The notes beneath the pieces are model-generated. The model saw nothing but the letters and a program-made list of their open reading frames with translations, was not told the origin of the DNA and ran no database searches. Of a DNA stretch of 64,000 nt, positions 22,815 through 35,884 are shown in pieces. The DNA comes from Pristiophorus japonicus (taxonomy: Eukaryota), in contig NW_027251843.1 in assembly GCF_044704955.1 (NCBI RefSeq), positions 372,001-436,000 on the forward strand, written 5' to 3'. The stretch's first letter is position 1. Each line of letters starts with the position of its first letter. Position numbers and translations under genes: made by a program.

Positions 22815-25510
22815 CCTGGCCTGCTACCTTCAGGGATCTGTGGACATGTATACCAAGGTCCCTTTATTCCTCTACAACTCTCATTGTCCGACCATTTAAT
22901 GCCCTGATAGCCCTCCCCAAATCCACTTCTCTGGATTGAATTCCATTCATTAATGTTCTCCCCACCTGACCAGTTGATTGATATTTTCCTGCTGTTTACA
23001 GGTTTCTTCTTCATTATCAGCCACACGGCCGATTTTGCTATCATCTGCAAACTTCTTCATTATACCCCCTACATTCAAGTCTAAATCATTGATATATACC
23101 ACAAAAAGCAAGGGATCTTGTACTGAGCCCTGCGGAACCCCACTGGAAACATCCTTCCAGTCACAAAAACACCCATCAACCATTACCCTTTGCTTCCTGC
23201 CTCTGAGCCAATTTTGGATCCAACTTGCCACTTTGCCCTGCATCCCATGGACTTGACTTTCGTGACCAGTCTGCCATATATCAAAAGCCTTGATAAAATC
23301 CATCTACACTACATCATATGCACTGTCCTCATGGACATTCCTTATTACAGCCTCGATGAATTCAATCAAGTTATTCAGATATGAGCTTCCCTGAACTAAT
23401 CCATGCTGACTGTCCTTGATTAATCCGTGTCATTCCAAATGAAGATTTATCCTGTCTCTCAGAATTTTTTCCAATAATTTTCCGAGCACCAAGGTTACGC
23501 TGACTGGCCTGTAATTACTCGATCTATCTCTTTCTCCCTTTTTAAACAAAGTTATAACATTAGCAGTCCTCCAGTCCTCTGGCACCACACCTGTAGTCAA
23601 AGAGGATTGGAAAATGTTGGTCAGAGCCTCTGCTATTTCTTCTTTTGCTTCTCTTAACAGCCTGGGATACATTTTATCCGGGCCTGGGGATTTGTCCACA
23701 TTCAAAGCTGCTAAGCCCCTTAATACTTCCTCTCTTACTATGTTTATTTCATCTAATATTTCACACTCCTCCTCCCTGATTGCAATGTCTGCATCGCCCC
23801 TCTCTTTTGTGAAAACAGGCGCAAAGTATTCCTTGAGAATCATACCCATGTCTTCTGCCTCCACACACAGATTACCTTTATGGTCTCTAATAGGCCCTAC
23901 TCTTTCTTTAATTATCCTCCTGCTCTTAATGTATTTGAAAAACATCTTTGTGTTTTCCTTGATTTTACTTGCCAAAATGTTTTCATGCTCTCTCTTTGCT
24001 TTCCTAATTTCCTTTTTAATTGCACCCCTGCACTTTCTATACCCCTCTAAAGTTCCTGCAGTATTGAGCCCTCGGTATCTGTCATAAGCCTCCCTTTTTT
24101 ACTTTATCCTACACTGTATATCCCTTGACATCCAGGGGCCTCTAGATTTGTTAGTCCCACCCTTTTTCTTTAAGGGAACAGACTTACTCTGAAACCACAG
24201 GATTTCCTCCTTGAATGCCTCCCACTGCTCTGACACTGATTTACCTTCAAGTAGCCGTTTCCAGTCCACTTTGGCCAAATCTCATCTCAGCTCAGCAAAA
24301 TTGGCTTTTCCCCAATTGAGAACTTTTATTCCTGCTCTATCTTTGTCCTTTTCCATAACAATCGTAAATCTAACTGAATTATGATCACTAGCACCAAAAT
24401 GCTCTCCCACTGATACCCCTTCCACCTGCCCCTCTTCATTCCCCAAAGCCAAGTCCAGAACCATCCCATCCCTTGTTGGGCTTATTACATACTGGCTAAA
24501 AAAGTCCTCCCAAAAGCATTTTAGGAATTCCGCACCCTCTATACCTTTCACACTAATTTTATCCCAGTTAATATTAGGGTAGTTGAAATCCCCTACTATT
24601 GCTGCCCTATAGTTTTTGCACTTGTCACAAATGTGCCTACATATTTGCTCTTCTCTCTCCCTCTGACGTTTGGGGGTCTATAGTACACTCCCAGCAGTGT
24701 GATTACCCCTTTTTCATTCTTCAATTCGACCTATATGGCCTCATTTGATGATCCTTCTGACATATCATCCCTCCTCACAGCTGTAATTGTTTCTTTCAAT
24801 TGTTTCACAACTGCGACCCCCTCCTTTTTTATCCCACTCTCTATCCCGTCTGAAAACCCTGTAACCAGGAATGTTGAGCTGCCATACCTGCTCTTCTTTC
24901 AGCCATGTCTCAGTAATATCTATAATATCGTACTCTCAAGTGTCTATCTGTGCTCTCAGCTCATCTGCCTTATTCCCTATACTCCATGCATTGAAGTATA
25001 TACCATTTAGCACTGCCAAACTGCCTTGTTGTCTATTTTCTAGGCTTTGTTTCCTTGGTCTTCCAAATTCACTGTCTAGTTTTCTGCTTTCCAATTCCAG
25101 CTTTGCTTCTTTCCCCTCTGAATCTATTCTCCGGTTCCCATCCCCCTGCCAAGCTAGTTTAAATCCTCCGCAACAGCACTACCAAAGCCCCCTGTGAGGA
25201 TATTGGTCCCGGCTCTGTGGAGGTGCAACCCATCCGGCTTGTACAGGCCCCACCTCCCTCAGAAATGGTCCCAATGTCTCAGGACACAAAAAACCCTCCC
25301 TCCTGCACCATCTCTACTGCCACGCATTCATCTGCTCTATTCTCCTATCTCTGTACTCACTAGCACGTGGCACCGGGAGTAATCCGGTGATTACTACCTT
25401 TGAGATCTTGCTTTTTAATCTCTCTCCTAGCTCCCAAAACTCTGTTTGTAGGACCTCATCCCTCTTTCTACCTGTCATTGATACCGATATGGACCACAAC
25501 CTCTGGTTGT
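22815..25510 (-). mobile_element. CR1 LINE (ORF2 and ORF1 C-terminus), split by the ERV; 5' part continues at 32587-33130
   Basis: RT motifs GVPQGSV and KFADD. ORF1 reads through the ERV insertion site. Confidence 0.88.
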
Positions 25511-26239
25511 TGTCGAAATCTCGACCTCCGAAAAGAATGACTCCGACACTTACAGCTCCGGCAGAAGTTTCTTTAATTTACTTGCTAGCAAGGGGCAGGT
25601 CACACTCAGTCAAGGGCTAAATGAACACCTCCGAAATGGTACAGTTTCACAAGATATTTATACAGTAAAACCCAAGTTATGGCCTCTCCCTGTGTATTGG
25701 CTCTGTCTCGTAGTCAGTGAATACAGATAAAGAGTTAATTACTACATCCTTGTCCTGACATGGTTTCCAGATATTTCCTTTTGTCAGGGTTATTCGTTGG
25801 CCAGCCGGCCATTACTCCATGAGAGTGAGGTAATGAGCTATTACCTGTCTTGCATTGTGTCAGGATTGTTCAGTTTCCTAGTCAGTTTATCTGTTTGCAT
25901 CAAATGGATGTGGTCTCTACAAGAGATAATGGCTGGTGGTTTGAGTCTCGAAGAAAAGGGTGGGGTGACATGGAACTCTTGTTGTGTAGACAATAGAGCA
26001 CCATGGGCGGGGTGGGGGGGGGGTACTTGTCTCAGCATGACTTGTCTCCTAGCTGTCTGATGGCCATCAGCCATCTCAAACCAGGTTTAGCTGCTTATGC
26101 AAGCTGACTGCTTTCATGCAGAAAGTTCTGGAAGGACCAGGACTCCATTTTGTTATATATATTGCAAAGGACACACAAATACCATATGGTATCAGCTTAG
26201 ATAAAAATACATTTCCACATTCCCCCATTTTGTCCTTCA

Positions 26240-27710
26240 CAAGGACAACTCAATCCATTCTGATCTTGTACAGTCTCTCCATTTCCATTTCCACACAAGA
26301 GCCTTCAGTAGTTGTTGCTACCATAACTCTAGCCGTGGTCTCGGTAGGTAATATGGTTTTTCCCACCCTGGCACAGCAACACTTAACCAAGACAAATAAT
26401 TGATACAGGGCGAAGACTATCAGTAGGAATATGATCAAACTCTGTACCACAGATTTCCCTAGGGATCCCAACCATCCCGATGCCCACCCCACAAGGTGAT
26501 ACCGTCCTGGCCAACTGTCTGTTTATACTCTATTACCTTTTTCCTGATATATTCAGCTAGACTGCCGATTTCTTCTGATTTATCTGGGCTATACGTACAG
26601 CATTCTTCACCTATTAATGCGCATGTCCCTCCCTCCTTGGCTAGGAGATAATCTAAGGCCATACGATTTTGGAGAGCCACTGTTCGAATAGCTACCATTT
26701 CATCAGTTACCCCTTCAAAGGCTTGGGAAGTTGCGTTGGCTACTGATTCAACTAAGTTAGCCAGTTACCGTAACTGCCATTCGGTTGATGCTATTCCATA
26801 AGGTGGCACCATTACCTTGAATATTCCGTTTAGCCATGTCAAATCCCGTTTAAGTCTATGACTTCCATCGGCATCCCTTAGAGTCTTTATTGATCTGATA
26901 AAGGGTACCACATATCCTAAGTAACAGGACCCTGTCCAGTTGGCTGGTAATCATGGGTAGGCTTTATGGCCACAAATAAAGTAGGTGCAATTATAGGACG
27001 TCAGCTCCTGGTCCTTTTGCGCCATCCCTACTCGAGTGGTCTCACCTTCCCACCCTTCACCTGGGGCTTTGTTATGGACCATTGTCCAGCCAACGGTTGC
27101 TATCTTTCTCTCAGTGGTATTAGTTGTGGCTTGCCATTTAGTCATTTGGGAACACTTGCTGCGTCCCATTTCTGGTCCTTTAGTTTCATTACTCACGAGG
27201 CATATTATACCTTCGGGATTTTCTATTCTGGGAGTAATACTTAGGAAGGGAGCCTGATGGTTATTATCATAATTGGGCTGGTACCATCCCTGGAAGGCTG
27301 TAAGTTTATACCCTGCCGACCTCCATTCTGTTTGCTCCTTCGTTTCTGGCCCCTTAGTTAGGTTTGTCCTATTCTACCATTTCTGATTCGTTAAAGGGGA
27401 CCGATCTCAGGGGAATGCCCCCTTCGGAGTGGACAGGTACATGGGAACATATCCAACAACTCGACAAGTTTCTTTCTTGAGCATACCTATGACTCAGTGC
27501 CATAAATACGTTTACTTGCAATTCCCTTCGGTGCCGGGTCTGTACCCCTGGTGTAATCAATAATGCAAAGTAAAACCCTGTCAAGCCAAGCACCATCAGT
27601 CCCCATAGTCCATACAGTTCCTTATTCAGTCTTCCTTTTTCTGTTCCTCTGATTCCTTCTTCCCTTCCTCCTGGTCGGGTGCCCGTTTGCAATGGGATGC
27701 ATGGATTCAT
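26240..27710 (-). pseudogene. env: Gamma-type env, with stops and frameshifts
   Basis: Signal-like segment, CWIC (CXXC), furin site RLKR (26846-26857), ISD LQNRMALDYLLAKEGGTC, CX6CC, transmembrane helix. Confidence 0.9.
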
Positions 27711-29820
27711 GTTGGTCTTTCCTTTACCTTGATTGCAGTATTGGTCGCCAGCAAGACCTGGTATGGTCCTTCGAATCTTGGCTGTAGACTGCTTTTTCTT
27801 TTAAAAATCTTGATGTAAACAAATTCCCCTGGCTCCAGGTTATGTCACTTCCTTCCGCTGGCTTGACTTGAGCTCCCTTTACCTGTGAATGAAAGCTGGA
27901 AATACATTTGGTTAGTGCAATACAATAATTCAACATATTTTCCTCCATTTTGTGGATGTCCATTTGTTTTGCAGTAAATGGTGCTGTAAAAGGTAGTCGT
28001 TGGGGACGTCCCATAACTATCTCATGCGGTGACAGGCCTGTTGTTCTGTTGGTTGCAGATCACATTACCATCAAAGCTAAAGGCAGCAGTTCTGTCCATT
28101 TCAGTCCAGTGTCATTGCATAATTTTGCCAGCTTATTTTTAAGCATTCCATTATATCTTTCAACAAATCCAGCTGATTGTGGATGATAACTGCAATGAAA
28201 ACGTTGATTAACCTGCAAAGCTTTACACATTTCTCTTATAACAGTTCCCGTTATCACTAGAAAGCATGGCAGGGATTCCGAAGCACGGTACGATTTCCTT
28301 TAACAAACATTTAGCAACAGTAGTGGCATTGGCCTTTTTACATGGAAAGGCTTCAATCCATCTCGAGAACACATCTACAATACCTAATACATACTTGAAT
28401 CCCATACACATAGGTAATTCAATAAAATCCATTTGTAAATGTACAAAAGGCCCAACTGGATTTGGGTGGGAGGCAGATTCTACTTTTTCCGTCTTACCCG
28501 GATTCATTGTCTGACAGGTAACACAATTTTCACAGATTTGTTTTGCAATTGCCGAAATACCTGGTGCATACCAAGTTGTCAAAATATAATCTGCCAATCC
28601 CCCTTTGCCCGCATGTGTGAATGTATGAACACATCGGGCTATCCATGGAAGTAAGGATCTAGGGGCCACCACACGGCCGTCATGGTGAACCCATATTCCT
28701 TCTGGATTTTTATAACATTGATCCTTCGTCCAGGTCACCACCTCCTCCGTACTGGCCTGTGTCTGAAAGGTCAGCACGTCATTAATAGTGGGTGGCGGGA
28801 CTGAGCAATTATTTTTCCTTAGTGGGAACAATGACACCTGCATCCCCCCTTTTGACACAGCTGCTGACTTAGCTGCATTATCAGCTCTGGCATTCCCAAG
28901 TGCCACCTCATTCGACTGGCCTGTATGTGCTTGGCATTTGATAATGGCAAGTTTCAAGGGGCATTGAATGGCTTGCAGAAGATTTTCCACTTTTGATAGG
29001 GGTTCCTGAAGAAGTCAGGTACCCGCGAATCTTCCAAATTTGTCCATAGTCATGTGATACCCCAAAAGCATACCTGGAGTCAGTGTAGATATTAACTGTT
29101 TGTCCTTCAGCCAGAATACAGGCTCGAATTAACGCAAACAATTCGGCTTGTTGGGCTGAAAAGGAGTCTGGAAGAGAGGCTGTTTCGACAACATTAAACT
29201 GGGTTACAATTGCATAAGCCGCTCTAGGTTGGCCCCTATCATTTCGTAGGGCTGATCCGTCAACATAGTACACTAAATCAGGGTTACACATTGGTACATC
29301 TGTTAGATTGATACGTGGTTTAGTCACTAATTCGGTTACCATTTCACATGAATGGGGTTCGCCGTCTTCTTCCGTGGGGAGTAGAGTGGCTGGATTTAAG
29401 GTAGTGCATCTTTTGATGATAAGGTTCGGATTTGATAACAGTTCGACTTCATATTTAGTGGTTCTTGCAGAGGTTAGGTGTTGGGTGGCACATTTAGTAA
29501 GTAAAATCTCGACAGAGTGTGGGATATACAAAATGGTCTGATGATTTAGAGTTATTGTCTGAGCCTGTTGCATAGCATAATAAGCTGCTGCCAACGAAGG
29601 AAGACATCTTGGTAGTCCGCGTGTCACTGGGTCTAGTTGGGTACTGAAATACGCTACCGGCCGCTGCCTGTCCCCATGTAACTGAGTCAAAACAGATTGT
29701 GCAAAACCCGACTTGTGATGCACAAATAAGTTGAATAGCTGAGTGTAATCTGGTAATCCCAAGGCTGGTGCTGAAGTGAGGGGCTGCCTAAGACTCTGGA
29801 AAGCATTCCGGGATACTTCA
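27710..29820 (-). pseudogene. pol: pol remnant: tether, RNase H, integrase (PR and RT absent)
   Basis: ALGLPDY, YYVDGS, SAQQAEL, YTDSRYAFG, QMDFIEL, SSDNG, YHPQSAG.VER, FEGPYQV. Confidence 0.9.
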
Positions 29821-29829
29821 TTCCAAATC

Positions 29830-30935
29830 CTTCTTTAAGCATTGTGAGAATATAGTAGGTTCATTCACAGCTCGTAGGTCATGGACAAACCTCCATTTGT
29901 GTGGGCTTCTGAACTGGAAGAATCAGTGTGTTACACGGATTTCTCATTTATGCTTATAGTGATTCACAGATCACAGAATGTAAAGTACTTGTTTTCTAAT
30001 CTTATTAAAAGGCTTCCAAACCCAAGATTTTTCCAATACACCCAAAATGTTGATCAAGGAGATCACCTCAAATATCTCAAAATCCCAATTCAACTATTGT
30101 ACTGCCACTCTTTATCAAAAAAAACAAATCCTCTTACTGAGCTAGAAGCTTTTGTACCAAGATTTTACACCAAGGACAATGAGAGTGTATTCCCCCAGCC
30201 TGCACCTCGAGAGACCCACAAAGGCTTTTTTTTTAAAAAAGGCATTACAACTTCCCAAGGCATTACAACTTTTAACCACCGGGACCATGTCTCAACAAAC
30301 CTACCCTTTGTGCATTTTCTAGCTCCGTAACTTCTCATCCGAATAAATCCACACCTGCGCTTCTAACTTAAAATGTCTTAAACTTCCCACATACAGGACA
30401 ACACTATGAAGGGTTAAAAAACTTCACTTTGTTTGAAAAAGTGGGTGGAGCTAAAACAAACAGGCAGCTCCACAACCCTTCCAAATAGGTTTCCAGACAC
30501 AAGAAAAAAAACACAGAAGCGCTCTCATTCAAAGACAAGACATTCACCACTCTCATTCAAAGACAAGACATTCACAAAAGTCTCTCTCCATTCAATAAAG
30601 CTTCTCCTTTTTTTAATCCATAAGTCACTATCAGGTTCTCTTATGGCATTTAATTTACTTCCTCTGTTAAATTTTACATGGGCTTGAAGAATCGGAACCC
30701 AGGCCTTTTCTATTACTTTCCTTTTTTTTCTACCTGGATCTCTGTTTATAAGACACTCCTCTAGACATGTTGTTCTCTCTAAATTAAATGAACCATCGGG
30801 TGGAAATGGCCTGTTTTCACCCTTAGTCCACTTTACCGTTTTTTTTCTTTGGTCAATTGAAGACTGACCACAATTCTGGAGCATGACATAGGCTGGTGTG
30901 CCTTTTGTGGTGTTTTAACTTGCTCTGGCACCCAT
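29830..30935 (-). pseudogene. gag: gag N-terminal (matrix) remnant
   Basis: ATG GGT GCC AGA GCA AGT (myristoylation-type MG start), then a disrupted frame leading to GTPAYVMLQNCG...WTKGE..PFPPDGSF. Confidence 0.65.
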
Positions 30936-31854
30936 TCTGCATGATTAAGATTTTCCACAGTTTCTGATCTCACAATCCTTTCGGCCAACCGAGTTCTCTA
31001 TGCCCACTTCTCCTGGCCGTTACGTGGCCTGAAAAGGCTCTTAATTCGGGCTCTGTCTGGGTGTGTGAGATATGTTGGCACAAACCAACCGTAGTTGATC
31101 AATCAGTTACTGTTTCTTTTCTCAATCAATCCTTGTTTTTTTTTCCGAATCACAATTTTCCTTAGTGATTCTTCCGGTTTCTCTAATGGCAATGTCGCAC
31201 AAAGGTATTGCACACGACAGTACAACAAGGACAGCTAGGACAAACAATATTCACGCGAGTATACAAATCATAACCTTACACTCTATCTAAACAAATAATC
31301 AATTCTCAGTCTGCGTTGTATGCCACTACAGACCGAGTCCTTAACTTATCCTAATAAAACTTATAAAACTTATGGTTCCATACCCTAACTCTTATCACAG
31401 AAGAACCTTTGATCGATTGCGCTTCTTTTTTTTTCCTACTCTTATCACATAAGAACCTTTTCCTAATTAAAAACAATAAAACTCTTATCACATAAGAACC
31501 TTCGATTGATTAGCGCTTTTTTTTTCTAATAAGAACCTTCAGGAACCTTTTTCGATCGACGAGCGCTCCCTTACCGACTGAAACCTTCCCCGGGCTGTTT
31601 CGAGATTTTTCCAGAACCCGTTCTCTTCTGCTTGCAAGTTGAGAAAGAAGTGGTTATAAAAAAATATCTTTAGGTTTTAAATGTCGAGTCTTGTAGATTG
31701 CAGTACCTCCCCTGTGGACAACAGATTACATATGCGATTCAACAGTGAAGAAACCTCTTGCGAGCAAAAGGCTCACCTTGTTTTGGCCACTGAAGCCTTT
31801 CACTGGAGAGGCACTATGCCTGTATCCGTTTTATTCACAGGACAGAGAGTATGC

Positions 31855-31872
31855 ATCTCGGTGGAACCTCCA
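31855..31872 (-). promoter_or_regulatory. PBS, tRNA-Gln
   Basis: TGGAGGTTCCACCGAGAT is the 18-nt complement of the tRNA-Gln 3' end (ATCTCGGTGGAACCTCCA). Confidence 0.9.
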
Positions 31873-32586
31873 AGAAGTAACTGTCGAAATCTCGACCTCC
31901 GAAAAGAATGACTCCGACACTTACAGCTCCGGCAGAAGTTTCTTTAATTTACTTGCTAGCAAGGGGCAGGTCACACTCAGTCAAGAGCTAAGTGAACACC
32001 TCCGAAATGGTACAGTTTCACAAGATATTTATACAGTAAAACCCAAGTTATGGCCTCTCCCTGTGTATTGGCTCTGTCTCGTAGTCAGTGAATACAGATA
32101 AAGAGTTAATTACTACATCCTTGTCCTGACATGGTTTCCAGATATTTCCTTTTGTCAGGGTTATTCGTTGGCCAGCCGGCCATTACTCCATGAGAGTGAG
32201 GTAATGAGCTATTACCTGTCTTGCATTGTGTCAGGATTGTTCAGTTTCCTAGTCAGTTTATCTGTTTGCATCAAATGGATGAGGTCTCTACAAGAGATAA
32301 TGGCTGGTGGTTTGAGTCTAGAAGAAAAGGGTGGGGTGACATGGAACTCTTGTCGTGTAGACAATAGGAGAGCACCATGGGGGGGCGGTACTTGTCTCAG
32401 CATGACTTGTCTCCTAGCTGTCTGATGGCCATCAGCCATCTCAAACCAGGTTTAGCTGTTTATGCAAGCTGATTGCTTTCATGCAGAAAGTTCTGGAAGG
32501 ACCAGGACTCCATTTTGTTATATATATATTGCAAAGGGCACACAAATACCGCATGGTATCAGCTTAGATAAAAATACATTTCCACA

Positions 32587-33130
32587 TTGTTCACCCTCCT
32601 CCCTCAGAATGTACTGCAGCCACTCAGTGACATCCTTGACCCTGGCACCAGGGAGGCAACATACCATCCTGGAGTCACGTCTGCGGCCGCAGAAATGCCT
32701 GTCTGTTCCCCAACTATCGAATCCCCTACCACTATTGCTCTTCCACTCTCCTTCCTCCCCCCTGTGCAGATGAGCCACCCGTGGTGCCGTGGACTTGGCT
32801 CTGGCTGCACTTCCTAGAGGCACCATCGCCCCCACCAGTACTCAGAACACAATACTGGTTGGAGAGTGAGATGGACTCAGGGGACTCCTGCACTACCTGC
32901 CTGGACCTCCTCTTCTGTCTGGTGGTCACCCATTCCCTCTCTGCCTGCACACTCTTAAGCTGCGGGTGGCCACCTCTAGAAACGTGCGATCCACGAAGTT
33001 CTCAGCCTCGCAGATACACCGCAGTGACTCCAGCCACCGCTCAATCTCCGACACGCGGAGCTCGAGTTGCTGTAGCTGGTGACACTTCCTGCACATGTGG
33101 TCGTCCAGGCCACGAGAAGCATCCAGGACA
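32587..33130 (-). mobile_element. CR1 ORF1 5' part (SGNH esterase-like)
   Basis: RAIVVGDSIV and VCCLPGARVKDV motifs. Confidence 0.8.
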
Positions 33131-33314
33131 GAACTGCCCTGCCATGCCTCTATTTAATAGACTAAGGACTAACTTAGCAGAAATAAATTCAAACTAAAAA
33201 AAAGCAAATAATGGTCTAGCCTACTTCATTCAGGCCATAATTTCTGGATTGTTCACCCGACTGAGGGCGAACACCATCGATGGGCCATTAATGGGCCTTT
33301 GGTTTTCAGCTCAG

Positions 33315-33920
33315 TCAGCTGTGGCTTAATGGGCAGCACACTCACCTCTGAGACCAAAGGTTGTGGGTTCTAAGTCCCATCCCTGAGACTAAGCTCCGAA
33401 ATCTAGACTGACAGTCCCAGTGCAGTACTGAGGGAGAGCCGCACTGTCGGAAGGGGCTGTTTTTCAGGAAAGAGGCTTGTCTGCCCTCTCAGGTGGACAT
33501 TAACTATCCTGTGCCACTATTTTTAAGAAGAGCAGAGGAGTTCTCAGCGGTGTCCCGGCCAATATTGATCCCTCAACCAACATCACAAAAGAACAGATTA
33601 TGCAGTCGGACACTCGCCCCCCCAAGCCCACCCCCAGGGGAAGTGCAGCGTGCCACATTGCGCTCCACTTCCTGTCAGGGGCCGTGATCCCAATTTCGCA
33701 TCCGTGGCGGCACTTGGGCGTGGGAAAAGTTACCGCCCCACTCGGGACGATACGCAATTTGGGCCCATTATCTGGTCATAGTCACATGTGGGGGCTTGCT
33801 GTCTGTCGTGTCTCCTCCATTGCCGCAGTGACTACACTTCAAAAGTACTTCATTGGCTGTAAAGCGCTTTGGGACGTCCTGAGGTGGTGAAAGGCGCTCT
33901 ATAAATGCAAGTCTTTCTTT
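33315..33920 (+). mobile_element. Deu-domain SINE with a GC-rich insertion at 33601-33766 (second copy ~51501-52108)
   Basis: Same head, core and tail as the 17441 SINE. The insert is flanked by ATTA on both sides. Confidence 0.65.
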
Positions 33921-35023
33921 CCAATTGAGCTCCACGTCTTTGAAACCCAAACCCGCGGACAGTGACGGACAGGTAAAGACCCTGTGGTCCATCCAGCCCG
34001 TCCCACACAATTGTGATACCTTGTGTATCACAGTATAGACTCTCCACCCCACCCAAAACTACCTGATCTCCTGGGAGAGGCGAAAAACCAGGGAAAAAAC
34101 CCATTGGGGGAAATAAATCTGGGAAACTCCTCTCCAACCACCCCCGCTCTCCCCCCAGGCGATGGAAACTAGTCCAGGAGGTGACTGTGGCCCTGAATTC
34201 CCTGCAGTAACTACCTTCTGTAAGTGGTGATCTCCGCACCGGCCACAAACAGGTCCTGCTCTCGCTTATGTACAGCTCATGGATTTAAAATTACAAGCTT
34301 TCCCCACAGTGTCAAGTGCTGCAAATACTGTGTTACATTATCAGGGTTATATTCTCACTGTCTGTCATTGTCACAACACTCGCTATATAAATGCAAGTTG
34401 TTGTTGTGTTCAGGGCCGCTGTATCTGGCTCAGGCTTCTTATCCATCCCCCCTTCCCTTCCCTCTCCATTGGGGGCCGTGCCTTCAGCTGCCTGGGCCCT
34501 AACTCCCTGCTCCCTAAACCTCTCTGCCACTCCACCCCTCTCCTCTTTTAAGACCTCCCTTCAAACCCAATCTGTGACTGAGGGTTTTGATCACCCTCCC
34601 AGCTCCTCCCCCTTTGGCTCAGCACCACTTTGACCAGATTACGCCTCTGTCAGCTGCCTCGGGATGTTGTTCTAATGTTCCAGTTGCTGTCGCAATGCGG
34701 GTTGTTGCTGCTGTACCTGGCGGCAGAGCGTCTCTGTGTGGATATACCCCGTGCACCGAGCTCCGCGGTGAGGCCTCCCACAGTGGAAAGGCCTGCTGAT
34801 GATCGCTGCAGTGCGGAGTGGCTGCTGACCCACCAATCGGTCTGAGACACCGCCTCACGAGCGGACAAGGAGATACACGCTGAGATCCATCATCAAATGA
34901 CACGTGGGGAACTGGAAATGATTCTGCAAACCTGACTGGAGGTTTGGTACAAACGGGTTTTACAAACCAATCAATTGAGTGACACAGAAATTGTCCAAAA
35001 ATTTGGTCTTTTCAGAACCAACA

Positions 35024-35054
35024 TCGCCCCCTTTTGGTATGAAGACAGCACTGC
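35024..35054 (-). promoter_or_regulatory. Candidate CTCF site with upstream module (second copy 53212-53242)
   Basis: Minus strand reads GCAGTGCT-N9-CCAAAAGGGGGCGA. Confidence 0.5.
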
Positions 35055-35334
35055 CAATTTCACTCACAATTTGAGCTGCAATTTTCAATGTCTCCTTACG
35101 TGGTTCGCTGTCAATCTTTATTTTGTAACACTCCTGTGAAGCACTCGGGGAGTTTTACTGTGTTAAAGGTGTTGTATAAAAGTTGCTGTTGTTGTTTGTT
35201 CTGAGTTAGCTGTTCCAACTGAGGTCGGGATATGACTCACAGCTCAGGCTGTGCGGCATCCAGTGATGCAATGTTGTATCGTGGGTTCAAGCCCCACTCC
35301 AGGGACCTGAGTGCAAAATAAAGCCATACACTAC

Positions 35335-35880
35335 TGTGCAGTCCTGAGGGAGTGTTGCACTGTCAGAGGGGCAGAACTGAGGGAGTGCTGCACTGTTAGA
35401 GGGGCAGGACTGAGGGAGAGCTGCACTGTCAGAGGGGCAGAAATGAGGGACCGCTGCACTGTCAGAGGGGCAGTCCTGAGGGAGTGCTGCACTGTCAGAG
35501 GGGCAGTACTGAGGGAGTGCTGCACTGTCAGAGGGGCAGTACTGAGGGAGAGCTGCTCAGTCGGAATGGCAGTACTGATGGAGTGCCACACTGTCTGAGG
35601 GGCAGTACTGGGGGAGTGCTGCTCTGTCAGAGGGTCAGTACTGAGCGAGTGCTGCACTGTCAGAAGGGCAGTACTGCGGGAGTGCTTCACTGTTGGAGGG
35701 TCAGTACTGAGGAAGTGCTGCACCGTCGGAGGGGCAGTACTGAGGAAGTGCTGCACTGTCAGAGGGGCAGTACTGAGGGAGTGCTGCACTTTCGGAGGGG
35801 CAGTACTGATGGAGTGCTGCACTGTCAGAGGGGCAGTACTGAGGGAGTGCTGCACTGTCGGAGGAGGTGTACTGAGGGGG
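35335..35880. repeat. 33-bp minisatellite (~16 units) derived from the SINE core; second copy ~53523-54035 has one unit fewer
   Basis: Unit gcagtactgagggagtgctgcactgtcagaggg, preceded by a SINE head at ~35240-35335. Confidence 0.9.
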
Positions 35881-35884
35881 TACC

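Larger units (their letters stand above)
25511..32586 (-). mobile_element. Endogenous retrovirus, epsilon/class I-like, internally deleted (copy 1)
   Basis: LTRs 25511-26219 and 31882-32586 (TG...CA), TSD TTGT, PPT next to 26220, tRNA-Gln PBS, remnants of gag, RH-IN and env. Confidence 0.95.

Noticed and set aside
30918-30935. Gag start MGARAS identical to HIV-1 matrix
   Set aside because: A six-residue myristoylation-type coincidence. The rest of the element is class I/epsilon-like, not lentiviral.
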